From Eledone cirrhosa (Eukaryota), in the NCBI GenBank assembly GCA_964016885.1, contig OZ024755.1:9672001-9736000 (forward strand): a DNA stretch of 64,000 nucleotides, in the 5' to 3' direction. Shown piece by piece: positions 52,801 to 64,000 of this stretch. Each line of letters begins with the position of its first letter. The stretch's first letter is position 1. Made by a program: the position numbers and the translations under genes. Below the pieces are notes generated by a model. That model made no database searches, was not told the origin of the DNA, and worked only from the letters and a program-made list of their open reading frames with translations.

Positions 52801-53844
52801 AGAATGGTACTTTGTTGACCACCTAAAGGATGAAAGGTAAAGTTAACCATCGTATGATTTGATCTCAGAGCTAAGAGAGCTAGAAAAAATACTAAGGCAT
52901 TTAGTCAGATGCTCTACCAAGTCTGCCAATTTGCTGCCTGAAAAAGAAAAGGAAGATTCTGACTAAAATATGTCTATGTATATAAAGAGAGGAACCAGTT
53001 AAACCGATGTATCAAAGAAGAGTTGCAGGGTTGTACTGGTAAGTAACTTGATCTGTGACTGAGTTGAAACTAAAGTGTTTACAGCATGGAAGAGTCATTT
53101 CAGCCATTCAAAAACACACAAAAACTCTTAAATTCACTTTACATTGATTATTTATATCTTTATCATTTATTTTAGTGGAACTGTGTTAGTGACCAGATAA
53201 CAAATAATGTGATGAAAATTTTTATACCAAGAAATAAATGATAAATGAAAAGTGAATCTAACAACAGAATTTGTGGTTTTTTTTTGTTTTGTTTTTACTC
53301 TTCCCTGATGTAATTGATTAAAAGACAAGTCAGAACTAAAAGGAAATCCACATTATAAACTTACTTTAAAGACCGAGAAACAAAATAACATTTATTTTGT
53401 TTCTGATATAATTTAGTATAACTGAACCATATCAATGAATAAAGCTTACAACAACCCTCCCACCACAACCACCCCATATAAGTTTTCAATTATTACATTG
53501 TGCACCAAGTAGCTGAAGTATACTACCAGAACTATCAGACCTGAACACACATGGTACAGAATTTAATAAGAGATATTTATATATTGTGTGTGTGTGTGTT
53601 TACATAGAAAAACATGTATGTTTACATATATAAATGTAAGCATTTACAAATATAAACATGTGTGTTTAGATTCTCATTGCTCACAGCTTTGGTTTAATTC
53701 TGTACTGTTTGTGTACAGATATGACTTAAATTAAAGAAGACATCAACTCGTGAAATTTAAATTATTTGTGAATATGTCAGAGGTGAACTAGCTATATAGG
53801 CATTTGGGCAGAGCTCTGGTGGGCTACTGTATTTGGGTAGTCAC

Positions 53845-54180
53845 TGTCACCTTAATGAAGCATTGAAAACACACCTCTGGTCCACAACAGTCACTCTGTG
53901 TTGTCTTATTTGAGCAGTGAAAACGCACCTCTGGTCCACAACAGTCAGTCTATGTTGTCTTAGTTGAGCAGTGAAAACACACCTCTGGCAACTCAGCACT
54001 CAATCAGTTAGTCAGCACCTTAATTGAGCAGTGAAAACATACCTCTTCCCCTCAGTGTCACCTTAGCTGAGCAGTGAAAACATACCTCTGGTCCTCAACA
54101 GTCAATTAGTCAGTGTCACTTTAGTTGGGCAATGAAAGCACATTTCTGGTCCTCACCAGTCAGCAGTCTGTTAGTCAGTG
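53845..54180. repeat. Degenerate ~40-57 bp minisatellite
   Basis: gagcagtgaaaacacacctctggtcc recurring about 6 times. Confidence 0.8.
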
Positions 54181-56213
54181 TTACTCAGATGTTAGGACCA
54201 GTTTTAAGACCCAGTCCACTTCACAAATACATGCATATGTGTGTTAATCTTCAACAGTTACAAATTTACAAACACCATTAAAATACTAACAAGTGTGTTA
54301 TTTCAAAACAATTATGTGAAGCTGAAAAAATAAAATTAAATCTTATATTTTACTTAATTCTATTGAATAATTGTGATAACAGTGCAATGCATGATTTTAA
54401 ACTTTTAATAAAACAAAAACTAAAAAAGAAACGGTTAAACGCGCTCGCTTGGCATACAAGAGATACATGGTTCAATTCCCCGCAGGCATCTTTATCCACC
54501 TTTTCTCTGTCCCCAGAGGAACTGTACCCAATTCATTTATAGTTATCAGTTATGAAAACATTTTAGTTTTGTCAATCTAAGTGAAAAAAATGAAAAAATA
54601 TTGACTAGAATCAATACTTCTATGCTGAAGTGTGTACAATGAAGATATACACACATATCATCATCATCATATATATTATAAACTAATGGGAGTATATGAA
54701 TAAACAGTCGACAATATATTATGGAGTATAACTCTTAATGTCCTGTACCATATGAAACTGGATGAACAAGAAATTCTTGAAAAATACACACCAGTCCCGA
54801 CTGATTCACATTAAACAAAATTTTTTAGTTCATTGCAAATTTTCACAATGATCTGTCTACCAGTAAAGATACTACAATCAACAAACCTGTTTTTGAATAT
54901 TTTTCTGCTATATCTAGATAGGATGTTAAAAGTGAAAGTCTTAATTACCTCTTTAAATCTCACATATTGAATGGTTAAAACCTCAACTTGATTTTGATTT
55001 ATTGGGCATGTCTTAAATATCAAGATTGTCCATAGATCATTAAAGAAGTGATTTGTAAAAGGGTAGAAAATCAGACAAGCTATATACTATTATAGATTTC
55101 TTACTGGTTTTGAACAAAGGTGGGGGAGGGGGATTTCCAAAGACATACAGCATTCATGTTTTAAGAAAAGAGAGACAGCTAATAAAGCAAGCCTGAAATA
55201 TATATAGATTTCATTAATTTACAGCTAAAAATCAAGAAAATAAGACAACTATGAAATAATTGAAGCAAATATTTGTAATTCTTTTAAATGGCAGAAAAGC
55301 TGAGAAAATAAAAGCAAAGCAAATATGGATGGTTGATTGATGCCTCATTAAAAGGTAGGGGAGTCAGGGATGCAAATGATCAACACTTTATCTAATTTTT
55401 TCCTAACCAATGAGCGGAACATTTGATGATACTTTCAGCAAAAAATATTTTAAATTCAAAGCTATTGTGTGGCAACATTATAATGTGCATGGCACCAATA
55501 CTGCTACTGCACACTACAAACCTGTGTCGCTTAGATGGAACGTTGCAGGTGAAATATTTTGAATTCAAAAGCTACTGCGCTGGAACATTTCATAGCTACT
55601 GCGCAGCAAAGCTTTGATGTGCGCGACACCAATATAGCAATTGCGCGACCGCGAACGCACGCAGCTTGGAAGGGGAAAATTTGCAAGTGGATTTATAGAG
55701 AAGAAAAAGAAAGAAAAGAAAGAAAGCTCTGCTAAATAAAAAAAAATAAAATAAAAATAATCAGTGATTAACAAAATAGAGAAAACAAAAGTCAAGAGGA
55801 ATGAAATGATGGAAGATCACTGAAAGGGAAGTAAATAAAATAAAATGTGGTGCGTTCTCAAGATGAACTGTAAGAGGTACTGATAATAGTTGAAGACCAA
55901 CAAAACTTTCTTGAAACAAAAGATAAAAAGGTAAAAACATACTTGTTAATATAAGTAAATTCAGTTAATTTAAATTGAGTCAGTATTTCACACATATATA
56001 CATACATGAATACAGATATATATATATATATATAAGTGGTCGTGGAGGTGCCACGACAAAAAAGCACCCAGCACTCACTGTAAATGAGGTTGGTGTTAGG
56101 AAGGGCATCCAACTGTAGAAATCAAGCCAGAATCAGTTCCCGTCCCACCCTTGCACGCAGGGAAAAAGTGGACGTAAAATGAAATGATGATGAATGATGA
56201 TATATATACACAC

Positions 56214-56252
<39 letters not shown>

Positions 56253-58006
56253 TACATACATATATGTATGCATATTCATTTCGGGAATTTTACCCGCCCT
56301 AGATAGATAGATATATGCATATGTATATATATACACATATATGTATACATATACATGTGTGCATAGATACAAATATCGAGGTTACAATATTCAAATTTAT
56401 TTCAGCTAATTTGTTTTAGCATTAGTATTAAACCAAAAGGTTCATATGAATCTTAAACATTTTAAGGCCATTTTCCCTGCTAAAACTGGAGTTAGCTTTG
56501 TGGGCCCATGACAAACTTAATCATACACATCATGGGGTCCTTTTTGAAGCAATGTTTTACAGCCAGATGCTCTTCCTGACACTAACCAAATTAGTTGGGA
56601 TACTGTGTAACTATTCTAAACCAGATACATAGTATGATTGAATCTGATCCATTGCAACATTTTGTATTCTAATAGATTATATTTATTAGGATGAACAATA
56701 ACACACAACTGTTTTAAGGCAATTTTCTCTGCTAAAGTAGGGGTTAACTTTTCAGGGTCCATGATAAGCTTCAAATTCATTATAGGGTCCCTTTTGAAGC
56801 AATGTTTTACATCTAGATGCTCTTCATGATACCAACCCTTTTAGTCACCTCTGGGTGCATCAGGGATATGGTGTATCTATTTAAAACTAGATACACACAT
56901 TCTTATTAAAGAATATATCACATATATATAGAAACAAATAATTTTCAAATATTAATTGTAATCTCACACATTTACCAAAGGTTTATAAATATATCCTTTT
57001 GCATTGTCCCCCCCCCCCCCCTTCCTAACACAGCTCTCCCCCATAACATTTTTTCAGGAAAATTCAATAAATTTAGTCATAAAAACTTTAGTTGTTTGTT
57101 TGTAGTTGACGAAACTATAGTAACCCAATATGCATTATAACTAAATAGAATTTTATGTACCATTATAACAATGAAATGAATGGAATATACAAATAGACTT
57201 GCATTTAATATTTGGCGCAGCTTGCATTGGCGTTTAAATGAGTGACTTGAAGAGAGAGTGTAGGGCAAATGTTTGTTTAAAGCAAGCTTGTTTTGAAACC
57301 AGGCAGCTTTGATGCCTGCCACTTACCAGCTATTTAGGTAACTGCCTGATAGAAAACATACTATTAAAAGGGAAAAACATTTACAATAAAACAATATCTC
57401 AAAGAAAGCATGGAATGAATCTGAAGAATTTATAACAAATAATTCTACACACACAAAGGAAACCATTCTGCTCATCACTATTTGAATATAATACTCTACC
57501 TTGCTTTAGTTCATAAGTCAAAGGTCAAATTGAACATCACTCTGCCATACATAATATAAAACAGGTCATTGAAGGGTTTCAGCAGTTTCAGTGTTGTGAT
57601 AAAAGAGCAGCTACAGCTAATATAATAAGGCTATTTTCACTTATTAAATCAGGGTATAGCTTTGTGGTCCCCATGAAAGGATTCATATTCATCTTGGGGT
57701 CCTTTTTGAATCAATGTTTTATGACCAGGTACCCTTTCTAGCACCAAACCTCTCAAACCCCACTGACAACATGCAGGAATGCAATGTACCTGTCCCAAAC
57801 TAGACATACACAACTGTAGTGATAAGAGAAAATTGACAGGGCCCCAGTTTAATCATATTGATGTTATAGCTTACACCTACGGCACTTTAGCTGAGAGTGA
57901 CTCAAGTCTTTCTAGATCGTCCTCTATTGCGTCTTCCTTCCACTGGGGTTTCCTGGTTCACCTACCAGTCATTGTCCATGCACATCACATGTTCATACCA
58001 ATGCAC

Positions 58007-58065
<59 letters not shown>

Positions 58066-58789
58066 GTATAATGCCAGAAGTAATAAAACTCTATTACTTG
58101 GATAAAAAATATGTAATAAAACATTATATATTGAATCTAGTGCTTTCATCCTTCACAAGACTTATCAAGATATAAGATTAATTGTTTCTTTAAACAACTT
58201 TATATTTTGAAACAATGTTTTATATTTTTTATCCAAATGATAAACTGTGTTTTAATACTACTGAAAATTATAATTTATTAATATATTATTCTGCACACTA
58301 CCGAAGATTATACACACACACACATATATATACATATCTACTGTTTTAGATTTATGCTTCGACAGTAGCATGTTATATGTAAGATATTATATGTATGTAT
58401 GAAGCTGTAACTCCATACGAGTGTTGTAGTGTTATACAGCATGTCTTCAGTTCATACTGAATATTATTTTGTCATAAACAAAACAGAAAAAATGAATTTC
58501 AACTTTTGATCCCTATGCTACACATAAACCTCAAAATTAATGCTTAACTTTTAATATCCTGTATTACACGAAACAACACTGTGACTTCATCACATTAAAA
58601 ATGAAAGTCTTTACTCTAATATTGCAAATTTTCAAAATAATCTGTTCACTAGTAGAAGATACTATAAACATTTGAATTAACAAATCTGTTTCCTGTTAAA
58701 CCATTACAGGATATTAAGAGTTATTTGAGTTATAGTGTTACATGCTTGAGGAAGTTTTTAGAATTATTTATAAAATGAAAATGAAGTGA

Positions 58790-59300
58790 AATTTACAGCT
58801 CCCATGTATGCAGGCTTATTTTGGTTCCCTACAAGGTTGTGTCTCACAGCAGGTTTCTTGGTTGTTTTAATAATAGGTGTCCTCACTCTTATGTTGTTGT
58901 TACAGCTCACATATATGTAGGCTTAGCAAGCCCTCTACAAGCTTGTATCTCATAAGAGGTTTCTTGGGTGTTTTAATGATAGTGGCCTTCAGTTCTCTCA
59001 TGTTGCTGTTCCAGCTCATCTTTATAGACTAAGCAAGTCCTCTACAAGGTTCCATCTCACAGGAGGTTTCTTAAATGTTTTAATGATAGTCGCCTTCTAT
59101 TATGTTGTTGTTCCAGTTCATCTTTGTTGGCTTAGCTAGCCCTCTACAAGGTTATATCTCATAAGAGGTTTCTCAGATGTTTTAATGATAGAGACCCTCA
59201 GTCATATCATGTAACAGCTCACACCTATGCAGGCTTAGCAAACCCCTACAAGGTTGTATCTCATAAGTTTCTTGGGTGTTTTAATGATAGAGGCTCTCAC
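58790..59300 (+). repeat. ~95-105 bp satellite-like array, ~5 units
   Basis: cagctcac...gcttagcaagccctctacaaggttgtatctcataagaggtttcttgggtgttttaatgatag. Confidence 0.8.
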
Positions 59301-59713
59301 TCATATCAAGAAGAACAATGTGAAATGAAACTTCTAGCTCAGGAACAGAATATGCCATATTGGTCCAGGGATTGAACCTTATGATCCCGAGTCCAACACC
59401 CTAACCACTAAGCCAATTATAAGATGAAAAAAATACAATGAAAGAAAATGACCCCCATTTCAATAAGAGAAGCTTTAACTTCAGTGAACCAACATAGAAT
59501 CCACATTCCATGTAATTATTTACATTTAGTTAATTGTTTATGGTGGTGAAAGAAATATAGTATTAATGAAAAATTAGAAAACTAGCAAAATACTTTCTGA
59601 AATTATGACAATGTCTTCAGAATGTACACACACACACAGTTACACACACGTTACATACACACAACCACAAAGGAGGAAAAAAATAATTCTTGTGATGTGA
59701 AATTAATACTTTA

Positions 59714-59827
<114 letters not shown>

Positions 59828-60594
59828 CTACATATTAAAAAATAATCCTAAATATATTATTATATCACCAAAAAAACTTTCATTAAATTTTAGAAACATT
59901 CAGATGTTTACACTATCAACTCTCCCAAATAACTCATGGTTGTTGCTAGATTTGCTAAATATTCTTATCCAACTTTATACTAATTTGTAACTAACTCACC
60001 ATAAATTGTGTTGTACAAGTCAACCTGGCATATAAGTTGATCCAACATATACATTGATACATGTTGATATACATTTATCCAGTGTACACCTTGACCCGAC
60101 ATCCCCCTAAACCTGATGTACTTTTGGAAGCTTAAATTGTTGACTTGTATGTCCCGGTGTACATTAAATTACAAAGAATATTTCTCTCAAGAAATTTAAC
60201 TATTTTTTTTTTATCAGCACAAATTTCTAAAAATAACAATGAATTCAAACAAAAGTGTTCTCCTTTAAGAAACAAAAATTATATATAATCACTTTGATAC
60301 CAAACAACCTGAAACTATCCCTAGCCCTATGGTACAAGGATGATTATTTTTAAATGTTTATATTTATCTAAAACCCTTCCATAATAATTTTATGTAATAA
60401 CATTTGTTAAGTTATACCCCAAACATCAATTTGATATATAACTAGAAAATTAGTTATATTACTAAATTCCTTGAAATTCTTCATTATTTTCCAAATGATT
60501 TAAAAAAACATAGGTAACGTCTTACATTAGAAATATGGTAAAGAAGGTGATAAAATAAAAATAAATTGTTTTGGAAATAGATGGTAAAATTACA

Positions 60595-60915
60595 TTTAGT
60601 TCAAAATGTAGCCATCACTGTCTATACCTAGATTGAATCAGTAACTAAAATGTTCAAAGTATAGCCACCCCAATCGATACATAGCTTATATCAAGTAAAT
60701 AAAGTGTTCAAAATGCAGCCATACATATCTATACCCAGCTAGTATCAAGTGTAGATACCCAATCTATACCCATCTTGTATCAAGTAGTTAAAAGGTTCAA
60801 AGTGTGGCCAGCCCAATCTACACCCAGCTTGTATTAAACAAAATGCTCAAAATGTGGCTATCTCTTTCTATACTCAGATATTATAAAGTAGTTAAAATGT
60901 CCAAAATGTAACCAT
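60595..60915. repeat. Degenerate ~55-bp minisatellite; fragment also at 62755-62850
   Basis: ttcaaaatgtagcca...tctatacccagcttgtatcaagta. Confidence 0.7.
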
Positions 60916-60917
60916 AT

Positions 60918-61234
60918 ATCATCATCATCATTTTACGTCCGCTTTTCCCTGCTTGCAAGGGTGGGACGGGAACTGATTCTGGCTTAATTTCTACAGCTGG
61001 ATGCCCTTCCTAACACCAACCTCATTTACAGTGAGTGCTGGGTGCTTTTTTCCCGTGGCGCCTACACGCCCACTTTACAGTGGAATGATAGGGACCCCAG
61101 ACCCTACCATCTCATTTCTACAGCAACATGAAATAAAGTGTCTTGCTCAAGGAAACAACACATCACCCGGTCCGAGAATTGAGCTCACAACCTTTCGATT
61201 GCAAGCCCAATGCTCTAACCACTAAGCCATGTGC
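60918..61234 (-). mobile_element. CORE-type SINE (reverse copy of the 2892-3226 family)
   Basis: Close reverse-complement similarity with 2892-3226. Confidence 0.85.
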
Positions 61235-61291
61235 ATATATATATATATATTTATTAAAATAACAGATTAAAGTTTAAGCAAAACACCCACG

Positions 61292-61600
61292 TCCTGTAGG
61301 GCCTACATAGGGTTAACTGCCAATAGATTCAAGCAGCGTCTTTACATGCATACCCATTCTTTTCATTACCCTCTAAGAAGGAATATGACGTGACTTTCAG
61401 CTTATATCTGGAGTCTAAAAGACAACCACACCCAATATAAGTTACACTGGGAGATCCTAGCTAGGGCTAGATCGTATAACGGAAATAAAAGACCATGTGA
61501 CCTCTGCGCCGCTGAGGCCCTGGAAATACTCTACGCCACGGACCACATCTTAAACAAAAAATCTGAGGCAATTTCGGCTTGTAAACAAATTGCACAAAAC
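61292..61600 (+). mobile_element. Penelope-like element GIY-YIG endonuclease remnant (Naiad-like)
   Basis: YIGLTANRFKQRLYMHTHSF...T*LSAYIWSLK...WEILARARSYNGNKRPCDLCAAEALEI...LNKKSEAISACK. Confidence 0.85.
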
Positions 61601-62705
61601 TTTCCTGTATTATACCCTAACGGATAGTACGATCTATACGCGGATATTTTACGTCTTGATGTGGTAGCTAAGTATATGTTATGTTTATACCATTACTTAT
61701 TAGCATAGGTAAGTATATATTACCTGTATGTTTTGTGAAGGTACGTATACTTTCTCGTACGTATATTTGATTGTAAATGTTATGGCGTATATTTTATATA
61801 TTCTGGTACATATGCTTTTGGTTATGTGTGTACGCGAGTTTTGCGTCAGTGTGAGTATGTGGGTTCGTACGTATGTAGGGTGTGTGTATATGTGTACTTC
61901 GTGTTTTGGTTGACGTACGTCTCCAAACATTTGTGTATTTTCATGTAGGTATGTGTGTGTGCTTGTCATATACGTATTTATTTATTTATATACGTTTATT
62001 TAATTATTTGTATACACGCACACACACACACACATATTTATATGTGCGTGTATTTGTATACCTATGGCAAGTGTTTTCGCGTATGCTTGTGTATGTACGT
62101 GTATGGATGCGTGTATGTATTTATTTAATTTCAATTACCTCTGTATTTTATTTACTTTATTCTTAACTCTGAAGCGGAGAATCATTCGGTTTCCTAGTTA
62201 AAATTTTAGTCTACGACTTCAGTTGTACCATTTGCGTGGTTTTGTCTTTGCGTGCAGTTGTTCTCGGCGCTCCACATATGACGTATTATCTTCGTTTTTT
62301 CCATTCATTGCCAGAGAACGACTATGAACCACCTAAGAGAATATTAGTCTACGACTTCTTTTATAACAAATGTGGTTCTGTCTTTGCGTGTAATTGTTTT
62401 TCACCGCTCCAAATAATGACGTATTATATTCGTTTTTTCCCGTTCTTTGCCATGGAACGTTTCCACGAACCAAAGTATCGTCTTCCTGTCTTCCTCCGGT
62501 TGCAACGTTTTTTTGAAATATTCACTTCTGCGTTCACAGATTGACTTTGTTAGTTTCAGAAGATCCCGTTAAGGGTGAAAGCAGCAATTCTTTGCTTAAA
62601 CTTTAATCTGTTATTTTAATAAATATTTACTCTACGGTTCTTATATATTTGATATTTATCCTTATCGAGCCTTCTTTGGATTTTAGTCTTCAAATTTATT
62701 ATTAT

Positions 62706-62748
<43 letters not shown>

Positions 62749-62878
62749 TAAATTTATATCCAGTTGGTATCAAGAAATTAAATGTTCAGAGTGGAGCCAT
62801 TCTTGTTTATACCTAGTTTGTATCAAGTAATTGAAATGTTCAAAGTGTAAAGAATCTATTTAAAGTTGACAAACTTAC

Positions 62879-62920
62879 CATAATTACAGGTTCTAAACGT
62901 GCAACAAGATCTTGGTATGA
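62879..62920 (-). CDS. PFKFB: PFKFB exon
   Basis: SYQDLVARLEPVIM, AG/GTAAGT. Confidence 0.95.
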
Positions 62921-63054
62921 CTGAAAATACAATGGAAACATTGGGTAAACAAGAGATTGTTTGGGTGTGAGTGTTACGTTTGTAGAAGTAGTGTAATAGG
63001 AGAGAAGAGACAAAATATAAAGAGTGGGGTCAAAATTATGAGTAAAAAATAGAC

Positions 63055-63320
63055 AAGAGAAAAGAAATATAGTGAGATAGGAGAGGAGGAGACGGAGAGG
63101 AGCAGAAGAGAGAAAGAGAGGAGGGGGAGGAGGAGGAGGAGAGGGGGGATGAGGAGGGGAGGGGTAGAGATGAGGAGGAGGAGGAGGAGGAGGAGGGGGG
63201 CGAAAGAGAGAGGAGGATGAGGGGGGGGAGAAAGAGAGGAGGAGAAAGAAGAGAAGGGAGAGATGGGAGAAAGAGAGATGGAGGAAAGGGGAAAGAGGGA
63301 AGATGGAGCGAGGAGAACAA
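63055..63320. repeat. Polypurine (GA/GGA) low-complexity tract
   Basis: Direct reading; source of the Pro/Leu/Ser-rich spurious ORFs. Confidence 0.9.
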
Positions 63321-63379
63321 AGGTTAGTCTTGTGAGCCACATGGCAAGTATCATGTTTGCCATGATAGTGTTTGTATCA

Positions 63380-63616
<237 letters not shown>

Positions 63617-63693
63617 AAGTCATTTGGCATGTTTCTAGGACTGGATGCCTCCAAAATTATATAAATAAAAATGAAAATAAAAATTAAAAATCA

Positions 63694-63888
<195 letters not shown>

Positions 63889-64000
63889 TCAAGAGTTTTA
63901 ACATGAGAGACACTAGTAATTTAGTAAGTACAGTGTTAATGACTTTTCTGAGGGTTGAGAGAACTCTTTAGTCACATCTAAGACATGGCATCCTCTTTAT

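Noticed and set aside
54437-54490. tRNA-like sequence
   Set aside because: Partial and degenerate with no complete cloverleaf; better explained as a SINE head.

Overview
AT-rich, microsatellite- and SINE-laden animal genomic DNA; the repeat families suggest a cephalopod, probably Octopus (inference). Three spliced protein-coding genes were reconstructed by hand. (1) The 5' part of a PHD+JmjC histone demethylase of the KDM7A/PHF8 type (minus strand, ATG 7722, 8 exons, runs off the window start). (2) A complete CDK20/CCRK gene (plus strand, 10 coding exons, 14041-19632, 341 aa) with an upstream RFX X-box. (3) The 3' half of a 6-phosphofructo-2-kinase/fructose-2,6-bisphosphatase (PFKFB; minus strand, from beyond 64000 to 26481). 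Most ORFs in the supplied track are spurious. The most interesting signals are: a hidden paralogous alternative exon, further candidate terminal exons and candidate microexons inside the 25-kb PFKFB intron, suggesting a variable C-terminus cassette; a ~162-bp-arm hairpin that buries the splice acceptor of the first CDK20 coding exon; a CDK1-type PSTAIRE helix in this CDK20; a U2 snRNA 5' fragment about 190 nt from the ORF end of a CRE-clade retrotransposon; and a duplicated splice acceptor in KDM7 that would create an immediate stop. All coordinates were read by eye and no database searches were run.
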